Assembly (NCBI GenBank): GCA_044344255.1
Contig: JBIJDH010000012.1
Coordinates: 64,001-128,000 of the forward strand
DNA: 64,000 nt
Origin: Myxococcota bacterium
GTDB taxonomy: Bacteria; Myxococcota_A; UBA796; UBA2385
Direction of reading: 5' to 3'
Position numbers and translations under genes: made by a program. Under the pieces are notes generated by a model. The model was not told the origin of the DNA. It saw nothing but the letters and a program-made list of their open reading frames with translations, and did no database searches. Positions 30,846 to 39,399 of this stretch are shown here, in pieces (the stretch's first letter is position 1; the number at the start of each line of letters is the position of its first letter).

Positions 30846-31867
30846 GGGAAGGTCATCACGAGCTTGCCCGTGGTCTGCCCGCCCTGGAGCTGCGCGTGGA
30901 GGCGACCCACCTGCTCATACGAGGCCACCTCGCCGATGATCGGCCGCACGAGACCTTGGTCGGCGAGGGAGAGGCACCGGTCGAAGAGCCCGATCAGGAT
31001 CTCGAGGTCATCCCAGAGCAGCAGTACGTTGAAGCCCGCCACCACCTTATTGTCACTCACGAGGGGGAAGGCGCTGAACCTCGGGATCTGGAGGTACTGC
31101 CAGGCGAGCTTGAGGTAGTTCGGGCGGGCGCCGGTGGGGGTCATCAGGCCGAAGCCGTAACAGACGAGCCGCCCACGGGACTTGAGGAGCGTGTAGCCCC
31201 GCTTGCTCTGGGCGCCCCCGAGCGCGTCGAGGATGATGTCGGCGCCCCCGAAGTCGGCCTTCGTGAGCGCGGCCCAGTCGTCTCGTTTGTGGTCATAGAC
31301 CGCCGCGCAGCCGAGGCTACGGCAGAGCTCCACCTTGGCGGGTGAGCCCACCGTGCCCACCACCCGCGCGCCCGCGGCCCGCGCGAGCTGCACGGCCGTC
31401 GAGCCCACGCCACCAGCGGCAGAGTGCACCACCACGACCTCATCGGGGCGCAGGTGCCCAAGCTCGAAGAGCGCGTAGCCCGCGGTGAGGGCCGCGGCGG
31501 GGAAGGCCGCCCCCTCCACCATCGACCAGCCGCGGGGGAGGCGGCGCACGCGGGCCGCTTCGGCCACGAGACCGCCCTGGTAGCCGCCGAAGCGAGTGAC
31601 GCCGAGCACCGCGTCGCCCTCCTGGAGGTGGGTCACCCCTTCGCCCACCGCCTCGACGGTGCCCGCGAACTCAAAGCCAGGTACAAAGGGGGGCTTCGGC
31701 GCGTGCGCATAGAGGCCGAGCCGGCAAAACACCTCGGCGAAGTTGATGCCCGCCGCCGCGACCGCCACCCGAACCTCGCCTGGGCCCGGGTCGCGCAGGG
31801 TGAGGGCCTCGACCCGGAAGACCTCCGGGCCGCCGTAGCGGGGGATGACGACGGAGGGGACCTCCAC
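30842..31867 (-). CDS. NADPH:quinone oxidoreductase / VAT-1-like MDR protein
   Basis: AAGINFAE, PFVPGFEFAG, HSAAGGVG, TTGKLV; GTG start at 31867. Confidence 0.9.
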   Translation of the reverse strand: MEVPSVVIPRYGGPEVFRVEALTLRDPGPGEVRVAVAAAGINFAEVFCRLGLYAHAPKPPFVPGFEFAGTVEAVGEGVTHLQEGDAVLGVTRFGGYQGGLVAEAARVRRLPRGWSMVEGAAFPAAALTAGYALFELGHLRPDEVVVVHSAAGGVGSTAVQLARAAGARVVGTVGSPAKVELCRSLGCAAVYDHKRDDWAALTKADFGGADIILDALGGAQSKRGYTLLKSRGRLVCYGFGLMTPTGARPNYLKLAWQYLQIPRFSAFPLVSDNKVVAGFNVLLLWDDLEILIGLFDRCLSLADQGLVRPIIGEVASYEQVGRLHAQLQGGQTTGKLVMTFP

Positions 31868-31868
31868 C

Positions 31869-32072
31869 TCAGTCGAGCCCCAAGCGCGCCGCGAGCTCAG
31901 TGGCCACGAGGGCGAGGCCACGCTGAAACTCGGGGATGTAGTAGTAGGCCGCCACGATGGTCGCGAGGGCGGCCACCGACATGACGAGCAGCCAGTCCAC
32001 GAGGCCCTGACCGCGGCGGCTCCGCCACCCTGAGGAGGGGTGGCGCCCGGCGATGGCGGAGCGCAGCCTCAC
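31869..32072 (-). CDS. Small Flp/TadE-like pilin-type protein
   Basis: Basic leader RSRR, then G|QGLVDW and a hydrophobic helix; fills the operon gap exactly. Confidence 0.5.
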   Translation of the reverse strand: MRLRSAIAGRHPSSGWRSRRGQGLVDWLLVMSVAALATIVAAYYYIPEFQRGLALVATELAARLGLD

Positions 32073-33604
32073 AGGTCGAAGGTCACTCCCTGCGCCAGCG
32101 GGAGGTCGGGGCTCCAGTTCAGCGTGTTCGTCTGGCGGCGCATATAGGCCTTCCAGGCGTCGCTGCCGGCCTCGCGGCCGCCGCCGGTCTCCTTCTCGCC
32201 GCCGAAGGCGCCGCCGATCTCGGCCCCCGAGGTGCCGATGTTGACGTTGGCGATCCCGCAGTCCGAGCCCTGGTGGGAGAGGAAGCGCTCCACCTTGCGA
32301 AAGCTGTCCGAGAAGATCGAGCTCGACAGGCCCTGCGGCACCTCGTTGTTCCAGGCGAGGGCCTCATCGAGGGTGTCGTACTCGATCACGTAGAGGATGG
32401 GGGCGAAGGTCTCCTCGTGACAGATCGGCGTGTCGTGGTCACAGGCGATCAGCGTGGGCTGGACATAGTGGCCGCGCCGATCGAGGACCTCGCCGCCCGC
32501 GAGCACCGTGGCGCCCTGCTCCTTGGCGGTCGTGACGGCGTGCTGGAAGCCGCGCACGGCGTCGGCGTCGATGAGGGGGCCCATCAGCGTGCCATCGGCC
32601 AAGGGATCGCCGATGCGCACCTGCCCGTAGGCGGCGACGAGGCGGCGCTTGAGCTCGGCGGCCACCCCGCGCTGCACGAGCACGCGCCGGGTGGTGGTGC
32701 AGCGCTGACCGGCGGTGCCGACAGCGCCGAAGAGGATGCCCCGGAGCGCCAGATCGAGGTCTGCGTCCGACTCGACGACGATGGCGTTGTTTCCGCCGAG
32801 CTCGAGCAGCGAGCGACCGAGGCGCGCCGCCACCGCCTGCCCGACATGTCGCCCCATGCGGGTGGAGCCCGTCGCGCTGATCAAGGGCAGGCGGCGATCG
32901 TGGATCATCGCCTCGCCGATCTCGCGGTCTGCGCCGATGATCAGGCCGAGGGCGCCGCCCCAGCCGGCCTTCTCGAGCACCGCGCTGCAGATCTTGTGGG
33001 TGGCGATCGCGGTGAGCGGAGCCTTGAGCGAGGGCTTCCAGACGACGGTGTCACCGGCGACGAGGCCCACCATCGCATTCCAGGCCCAGACGGCGTTCGG
33101 GAAGTTGAAGGCCGTGATCACGCCGATCGGGCCCAGCGGGTGCCACTGCTCGTACATGCGGTGACGGGGGCGCTCGCTGTGCATCGTCTGGCCGCAGAGC
33201 TGGCGGGACATGCCGACGCAGAAGTCGGCCATGTCGATGGTCTCCTGGACCTCGCCCTGACCCTCCGAGCGCACCTTGCCCACCTCGAGGCTGACGAGCG
33301 CGCCGAGCGCCTCCTTGTTGGCGCGCACGGCGTCGGCCATGCGCCGGACGAGGTCGCCACGCGCAGGGGCCGGCAACATGCGCCACTCGAGGAAGACACG
33401 CTGGGCCTCGGTGATCACGGTCTCGTAGTGGGAGAGGCCGGCGAGCTGGACCTGGGCGAGCGTCTCGCCGGTGCTCGGGTCTTCCGAGGAGACGAGGGCG
33501 CCCCCGGAGGTGTCGAGGGCGCCGCTCGACCAGGCCCCCGAATTGACGGCCTCGAGGCCAAGCTGGGCGAGGACCGCCGAGGGGGTCAGGGTGCCAGGAT
33601 TCAC
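32069..33604 (-). CDS. Aldehyde dehydrogenase, ALDH7 / piperideine-6-carboxylate dehydrogenase type
   Basis: ITAFNFP, LELGGNNA, GTAGQRCTT, NIGTSGAEIGGAFGGEK.TGGGRE; start reassigned to GTG 33604. Confidence 0.95.
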   Translation of the reverse strand: MNPGTLTPSAVLAQLGLEAVNSGAWSSGALDTSGGALVSSEDPSTGETLAQVQLAGLSHYETVITEAQRVFLEWRMLPAPARGDLVRRMADAVRANKEALGALVSLEVGKVRSEGQGEVQETIDMADFCVGMSRQLCGQTMHSERPRHRMYEQWHPLGPIGVITAFNFPNAVWAWNAMVGLVAGDTVVWKPSLKAPLTAIATHKICSAVLEKAGWGGALGLIIGADREIGEAMIHDRRLPLISATGSTRMGRHVGQAVAARLGRSLLELGGNNAIVVESDADLDLALRGILFGAVGTAGQRCTTTRRVLVQRGVAAELKRRLVAAYGQVRIGDPLADGTLMGPLIDADAVRGFQHAVTTAKEQGATVLAGGEVLDRRGHYVQPTLIACDHDTPICHEETFAPILYVIEYDTLDEALAWNNEVPQGLSSSIFSDSFRKVERFLSHQGSDCGIANVNIGTSGAEIGGAFGGEKETGGGREAGSDAWKAYMRRQTNTLNWSPDLPLAQGVTFDL

Positions 33605-33754
33605 GGAGCGCTCCAGGTCAGGCAGGCGGCGCGGGGGGCCTGCGGGAGCCCAGCGGGTAACCCGGGCCCCCAGGCAGGGCGATAGGGGTGGCGGGAACCG
33701 ACTGGGCGCGCCGCGGGTCAGCCCAGGTTCGGGGAACGCCCCGTCGGAGCCGCC

Positions 33755-34843
33755 ATGCACCCCTCCCTCCTCCCCGCCCCCTCTCGGGCCCCCCGTCCCC
33801 TCCCCCGCTCGGCCCTCGCCCTCGCCCTCACCCTCGCCTTTGCCGCAGCGGGCCTCGCCGCCGCCGGGCCGGCCCACGCCGAAGACGCGGTGAAGCTCGA
33901 GATCGTCCGCAAGGGCCAGATCGGCCAGTCGAAGCCCGCCCTCATCGTTCGCGCCCAGCAAGCGGCGACGGCGCTCGACGTCTCCCTCGGCTGCGGGGCG
34001 GTGAAGGTGGCGCGTCACGGTGGCGCCACGGCCGGCGAGGCCATCCGCCTCGACCTCGACCTACCGGTGGGCGCGCACACCTGTAAGGGCAGCCTCTCCG
34101 TGGTGCTGGGGGACGGGAGCGAGGGCGTCATGCCGCTCTCTTTCCAGGTCGAGGTGCTGCGGCCCCTCGTCATCACCGTCGACCGCGACTCGGTCGATCT
34201 CCGGCGCCGCGAGCTCGAGCTCTCGCTCGACCGCAGCCCCGGCCGCATCGACATCGTCGCCTACGATCCAGATGGGCAGAAGATCGGAGGCGGGACGATG
34301 CCCGTCTCGGGCGTCGGGCCGGGGAGCCCGGTGCGGGTCGGCTGGCAGAGTGAGGGCGACACGCTGCGCCTCGAGGTGGTCGCCACCGACACCGACGGCT
34401 TCAGCTCCAAGCTCGACCTCTTCCCCTGGTCCTACGCGATCCCGCACGAGGACGTGATCTTCGCCTCCAACGAGGCGGTGGTGCAGCCGGGGGAGACCGC
34501 CAAGCTCAAGGCCGCCCAGGGCGAGGTGAACACCGTGGTGAAGCGGTACGGCGCCTTCGCCACCGTGAACCTCTACATCGGCGGTTACACCGACACCGTC
34601 GGCAACCCCGGCCACAACCAGACGCTCTCCGAGCAGCGGGCCCAAGCCATCGCCCGCTGGTTCAAGGAGCAGGGCTTCAGCGGGCAGATCTGGTACCAGG
34701 GCTTCGGCGAGCGCGGCCTCGCCGTGCCCACCGCCGACGAGGTGGACGAGGCCCGGAACCGGCGCGCCCTCTACATCGTCGCCGCCGACACCCCGAACAT
34801 CACCGCAGAGATGCCCGCGGCGAGCTGGAAGGCCCTCAAATAG
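33755..34843 (+). CDS. OmpA-family domain secreted protein
   Basis: Signal peptide; GYTDTVG..HNQTLSEQRAQAIA..GFGE..NRR. Confidence 0.88.
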   Translation: MHPSLLPAPSRAPRPLPRSALALALTLAFAAAGLAAAGPAHAEDAVKLEIVRKGQIGQSKPALIVRAQQAATALDVSLGCGAVKVARHGGATAGEAIRLDLDLPVGAHTCKGSLSVVLGDGSEGVMPLSFQVEVLRPLVITVDRDSVDLRRRELELSLDRSPGRIDIVAYDPDGQKIGGGTMPVSGVGPGSPVRVGWQSEGDTLRLEVVATDTDGFSSKLDLFPWSYAIPHEDVIFASNEAVVQPGETAKLKAAQGEVNTVVKRYGAFATVNLYIGGYTDTVGNPGHNQTLSEQRAQAIARWFKEQGFSGQIWYQGFGERGLAVPTADEVDEARNRRALYIVAADTPNITAEMPAASWKALK

Positions 34844-34883
34844 GCGGCTTCGCCGGTCACCACGTCGGCGGCTTCGCCGGTCA
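34843..34883. repeat. 17-bp direct repeat GGCGGCTTCGCCGGTCA (2 copies, 24-bp period) between convergent genes
   Basis: Copies at 34843-34859 and 34867-34883, each with a small CGGC-TTC-GCCG hairpin. Confidence 0.7.
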
Positions 34884-35534
34884 GAGGTGCCGCACCTTCA
34901 CGAGCCGGCCCGCCACGCGTACGCGCTTGTTGGCCGTGCAGGTGTAGGCGGCGCCGATGTAGACCTCGTCGAGGACACCCACCCCGCCCCCCTCGAGCGC
35001 GATGAGGCCCTCGGGGCCGACGAAGCCCGACAGCCGTCCGGCCATCCAACGGGCGTGGTGCGCGGCGCAGAAGCCCGTCCGGTGAGCACGCTCCCCACAG
35101 CCCTCGACCCGACAAGGGGTGGACTCGGCCTGCGGAGCGGACGGGAGGATGGGGGAGACATCGAGGACGGGGGGCGCCCCGGCCGGAGCGGACGCCGCCT
35201 CAGCCGCCTCGGCCTGCGCCGCGCGCAGGGCCTCGAGCGCCGCACGGAGGGCCGAGCTCTCCGCCTCGAAGGCCGCGCGGAGGGTCGAGACCTCCGCTTG
35301 TAAGGCCGTGACCCGCTGCTCTCCCCCCTCCACCCGCTGCTCGAGCGCGAGGACGCTGTCCTTCATGGCGGCGATGGAGTCTCGGAGGGCGCGCAGCTCA
35401 GCAGGGCCGGCATAGCCGTGGTCCTGGAGCACCTCGGTGACGATGGTGCGAACGGGCCCCTCGACGATCCGCCCGGCGGGTCGAGAGAGGGCGGCGGCGA
35501 GGATGTCGGAGAGGGGCATGGGCCCTCCAGCCAC
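34881..35534 (-). CDS. Hypothetical coiled-coil protein with C-terminal Cys/His zinc-finger-like motif
   Basis: Heptad-rich middle; CRVEGC...GFCAAHH. Confidence 0.65.
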   Translation of the reverse strand: MAGGPMPLSDILAAALSRPAGRIVEGPVRTIVTEVLQDHGYAGPAELRALRDSIAAMKDSVLALEQRVEGGEQRVTALQAEVSTLRAAFEAESSALRAALEALRAAQAEAAEAASAPAGAPPVLDVSPILPSAPQAESTPCRVEGCGERAHRTGFCAAHHARWMAGRLSGFVGPEGLIALEGGGVGVLDEVYIGAAYTCTANKRVRVAGRLVKVRHL

Positions 35535-35545
35535 CCGGGGGTGGT

Positions 35546-36796
35546 TCAGCTCAGGGTGGGGTCGTCCTCCCGCAGCTCCGCCTCAATCCGGCGCAGCGGC
35601 GCGACGGCGAGGGTGCCGTGGGCGACCGGCAGCGCCGGGCGGGTCGGATGATGCAGGTCCAAGGCGAAGATCTGCGCGCTGGCCTCAGCGCCGTTGGCCC
35701 GGGGGTCGGGCCAGGCGGCGTAGACGAGCGTGGAACCGTCCGGGGTCACCAGCGGGTGACTGCGGGCGTATTGTTCAAAGAAGTGCAGGTGAAAGAGCTG
35801 ATCTCGAGTGGGTCGGAAGGCCGCGAGGCGCTCGTCGACCGTGCTGTCGAGGCGCCGGCGCCACCACCAAAGGCAGCCCCGCCGCGCGTCCACCGTGGCG
35901 AAGAGCAAGCCGCCACCGTCGGGCTCCCAGAAGAAGGCCATCAGGGGCTGCTCGACGAGCGGCCGGATGTCGCTCCCCTCGGAGCTGAGCAGCCAGATGC
36001 CCTGGTAGGGCGTCATCTCACCGCCCGGCGCGTGGGCGAGCGCGAGGCGACGGCCGGCCGGATCGGGGAGGAGCGCGACGAGGCCCTCCATCGCCGCGAG
36101 CTCGTGCCGGTTGCGACCGTCGGCGTCCGAGGCGACCACGCGGGCCGAGGTGCCGCCGCCGGTCACATAGATCGCCCGCTCGCCGATGAAGACCGGCACG
36201 CAGAAGGAGCCCGGGCGGTCATCAAAGAGGCTGTCCTCGCCCATCGTGGGGCGGCGCACCATCAGCCGGCCCGGTCGCTCCTTCTTGCCGCCGGCGTGCA
36301 CCAGCAGGCCCTCGCCGTCCGGCGTCCAGGAGCAGAACAGCGGCACACCCTTGTCTACGATGCGCTTGTGGCCCACCCGATCGAGGCGACAGACCTGGAG
36401 CTCGAGCTCGTCTTCGTCTTGCGCCAAGACGGCGAGGCGGGCGCTGTCGGGGCTCCACTGCGCATAGATCGGCAGCTGGCCTGCCAGATCGAGGAGCTGG
36501 AGCTCTTCGACGCCGTCCACCTCCACCACGTTGACCGAGGCGTCGGCGAGGTCGTCCTCCCCGCCGGGGCTCCGAAAGCAGGCGATCCACCGACCATCCG
36601 GGGACCAGCAGGGCCAAGCGCAGGCGTCGCTGCCGCCCAGGTTCCAGGCGCCTTCGGAGGGGCCGCCGCGGGTCGAGAAGGTGATGGCCCGACGGTCACT
36701 GCCATCGACGCCCATCACATGCACCTGGCGATCCGGGCCGATATAGGCAAAACGAGCCTTGCTGGCCACGATCCCCCCGAGGCCGAGCTCAGCCAC
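35546..36796 (-). CDS. TolB-like (PD40) beta-propeller protein
   Basis: Repeated WSPDG / WTPDG / WEPDG motifs. Confidence 0.8.
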   Translation of the reverse strand: MAELGLGGIVASKARFAYIGPDRQVHVMGVDGSDRRAITFSTRGGPSEGAWNLGGSDACAWPCWSPDGRWIACFRSPGGEDDLADASVNVVEVDGVEELQLLDLAGQLPIYAQWSPDSARLAVLAQDEDELELQVCRLDRVGHKRIVDKGVPLFCSWTPDGEGLLVHAGGKKERPGRLMVRRPTMGEDSLFDDRPGSFCVPVFIGERAIYVTGGGTSARVVASDADGRNRHELAAMEGLVALLPDPAGRRLALAHAPGGEMTPYQGIWLLSSEGSDIRPLVEQPLMAFFWEPDGGGLLFATVDARRGCLWWWRRRLDSTVDERLAAFRPTRDQLFHLHFFEQYARSHPLVTPDGSTLVYAAWPDPRANGAEASAQIFALDLHHPTRPALPVAHGTLAVAPLRRIEAELREDDPTLS

Positions 36797-37229
36797 CGAA
36801 GAGGCGCGAGGCGAGGAAGGCCTGGACGGCCACCGCGAAGAAGGGGAGCGCCATCGCCACGTTCGGCGCCGGCTTGATCCCCATCGTGCCTGCCCGATCC
36901 CGCTCCAGCTCCTCGTCGAGCTCGCTGGACAGGCTGGCCGAGAGGGCCGCGCCCGCCGAGCGCGCCTTGAGGGCGAAGGCGATGGCGGCGTCGTGGTTGG
37001 CTCCGAAGGACGCGAGGCCCATGCCGGTGCCGAAGAAGCCGAGCATGATGAGGCCGACCGGCCCGCCTCGAAAGATCGAGCCGACGGTCCACACCAGCAG
37101 CAGGACGCCGGTGAGGAGCAACGGCGCGCCAGCCCAGCGGAGGGATGCGTGCCGCTCGGCCACTCGGGCGTCCGCTTGGGCGGCGCTCTGGCTGGTTCCG
37201 GTGGTTGTGCTCATCTTCCGCTCACTCAA
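36789..37229 (-). CDS. Hypothetical membrane protein
   Basis: Three hydrophobic segments; 8-bp overlap with the downstream gene. Confidence 0.65.
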   Translation of the reverse strand: MSERKMSTTTGTSQSAAQADARVAERHASLRWAGAPLLLTGVLLLVWTVGSIFRGGPVGLIMLGFFGTGMGLASFGANHDAAIAFALKARSAGAALSASLSSELDEELERDRAGTMGIKPAPNVAMALPFFAVAVQAFLASRLFGG

Positions 37230-37353
37230 GGCACACGGTGGGGTGGCGTGGGACCGACCGCGATCTCCGACGCAGCTCTGTCATACCACCGGGCTCATAC
37301 CACGGGGCCGGGCGAGGGGGGAGCGCCCCGGCTATGCTCGCTGCGAGGTCTCG

Positions 37354-38193
37354 ATGCACGCCGCTTCCCCCTCGATCTCCCGTCGGTCCGGCCCCCGCTT
37401 CGGCCCGCTCTGGATCCTGCTCGGCCTGCTCGGCTCGGCCCCCGCCGCCGCCGGCCCAGGGGAGGTCCCCGCCGCCGACCCCGCCGCCGACCCCGCCGCC
37501 GCCTTGGCCGCGCAGCTCCGCGCCTGGCAGCCGCTACGGGCGCCCGTGGAGCCTCCCCGCATCCAAGAGTCGGATGTCCGCGCCGCCCTGGCCGGCGCCA
37601 CGGTGAAGGGGGTCGTGACCGTCGAGGGCGTGGCCGCGGGCAAGGCCTACGGCATGAGGGTCTTCAACGTGCCGGTCGAGGTGGCCTGGAAGGCGGTCAC
37701 CGACGACGCGCACCGCGCGGAGCACATGCCAGTGTCCGACAGCCGCATCGTGCGCGGCGCTGCCCGCACCCACGACCACCTGCTGTACCAGTACCTGCCC
37801 GTCCCGCTCTTCACCGATCGCTGGTGGATCACCCGAATCCGCTACAACAGCGCGCTGTACCAGAAGAGCGGCGGCCTCGCCTGGGAGATGTACTTCTCCG
37901 ACGCCCACCAGGACCCCACCGCGATGGCCCTGGTCTCCCCCGAGACGCTCGGGGACTCCATCCCCCTCGCTTGGACGAAGGGCGCTTGGCTCCTCGTGAA
38001 GCTCGATGAGGAGCACACCTTCGGTGCGTATTACATCTGGAGCGATCCCGGCGGCAACTTCCCGGCCGGCCCCGCCTCTCGCTTCTCGGCGATCACGATG
38101 GGCAACACCGTCGACGCCATGGGCCGGATCGCCGAGGGCCACGCGAAGACCTGCAACGGCACCTTCATCCGCCCAGACGGCCAGCCCCTCTGA
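37354..38193 (+). CDS. Secreted START/SRPBCC-like domain protein
   Basis: Signal-like N-terminus; YQYLPVPLFTDRW and SDPGG.FP motifs typical of START-like folds; start reassigned to ATG 37354. Confidence 0.55.
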   Translation: MHAASPSISRRSGPRFGPLWILLGLLGSAPAAAGPGEVPAADPAADPAAALAAQLRAWQPLRAPVEPPRIQESDVRAALAGATVKGVVTVEGVAAGKAYGMRVFNVPVEVAWKAVTDDAHRAEHMPVSDSRIVRGAARTHDHLLYQYLPVPLFTDRWWITRIRYNSALYQKSGGLAWEMYFSDAHQDPTAMALVSPETLGDSIPLAWTKGAWLLVKLDEEHTFGAYYIWSDPGGNFPAGPASRFSAITMGNTVDAMGRIAEGHAKTCNGTFIRPDGQPL

Positions 38194-38264
38194 GCCCGGA
38201 GCCGGTCGGCCCGCAGCCAGCGCGCCCGGAAGCCGAGCGGATGCTGGCGGTATAAGAACCCACC

Positions 38265-38915
38265 ATGGAATCGCCGCAGACCTTCACTGAGCTCCTCGAA
38301 CAAGGCGGGCCCGTCCTCGTCTTCATGGGCGCCTCCTCCGTCGTGGTGCTCGCGCTGGCCACCGAGCGCCTGCTCGCCACCGCGCGGGCCGGCAGCGTCG
38401 CCGAGCGGGCCGACAAGGCCGTCGTCGAGCCGCTCCGGCGCGGCGACGTCGAGGAGGCCCGCCGGGTCGCCGACACCCTCCCCTCTCCCTACCGGGAGAT
38501 CTTCACGAGCGGCCTCGACCGAGCGATGGGGCGAGTTCGGGGCGAGCCCGCGGTCGCCATGCACCGGGAGCTCCGCCGCATGATGGGCGTGCTGCGCGCG
38601 CGGGTGTGGATGCTCGGCACCGCGGGCGCGCTGATGCCCTTCGCAGGCCTCCTCGGCACCGTGATCGGCGTGATGGCCTCCTTCAGCGCGATCGGCAGCT
38701 CCGGCAAGGGCGGCTTCGCGGTGGTGTCAGGGGGCATCTCCGAGGCCCTCATCGCCACGGCCGCCGGCCTGTTCGTGGCCATCGAGGCGGTGCTGTTCTT
38801 CAACGTCCTCCAGAACCTCACCGGCGGCGTCGGGCGCCGCTACTCCCTGCTCGTAGACGAGGCGATCGAGCTCTTGACCGCGCGGAGGCGGGACGATGCA
38901 GGGCCCACCGACTGA
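38265..38915 (+). CDS. MotA/TolQ/ExbB proton channel protein
   Basis: PFAGLLGTVIGVM..F; GGISEALIATAAGL. Confidence 0.93.
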   Translation: MESPQTFTELLEQGGPVLVFMGASSVVVLALATERLLATARAGSVAERADKAVVEPLRRGDVEEARRVADTLPSPYREIFTSGLDRAMGRVRGEPAVAMHRELRRMMGVLRARVWMLGTAGALMPFAGLLGTVIGVMASFSAIGSSGKGGFAVVSGGISEALIATAAGLFVAIEAVLFFNVLQNLTGGVGRRYSLLVDEAIELLTARRRDDAGPTD

Positions 38916-39363
38916 GCGGGAGGACTGGGACTCTGACGATCCCATCTTCGCCGACATCAACATCACGCCGCTCACCGACGTGTTCCTCGTCCTGCTCATC
39001 ATCTTCATGGTGGTCTCCTCGAGCATCGTCGAGGAGGAGCGGGAGAGCAGCACCGGCAAGAAGAAGCTCGACGAGAGCGCGCTGCAGGTCAAGACGCCCC
39101 AGGGCACCGGCACGAGCGTGGTGATGGCCCAGGACGTCGTCATCACCGTCCTCGCAGATGGCACCGTCACGATGGAGGGGGCGAGCTTCCCCTTCGGCGA
39201 GCTCAAGGGCCACCTGCTGGCCCGCACGAAGGAGGAGCCGCCCCCCCGCGTGGTGGTGCGCGGCGACGAGCAAGCCGTCTACAAGCTCGTCTGGGAGGTC
39301 ATGAGCGTCGCCCGCGCGGCGGGCTACCCCGACGTGGCCCTGGCGGCGCGTCCGAAGCCGTAG
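38896..39363 (+). CDS. ExbD/TolR biopolymer transport protein
   Basis: INITPLTDVFLVLLIIFMV; VVRGD...Y. Confidence 0.93.
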   Translation: MQGPPTEREDWDSDDPIFADINITPLTDVFLVLLIIFMVVSSSIVEEERESSTGKKKLDESALQVKTPQGTGTSVVMAQDVVITVLADGTVTMEGASFPFGELKGHLLARTKEEPPPRVVVRGDEQAVYKLVWEVMSVARAAGYPDVALAARPKP

Positions 39364-39399
39364 CCGCCTCGACGAGCGCCCCACCGGCCCGCCGCGGCC

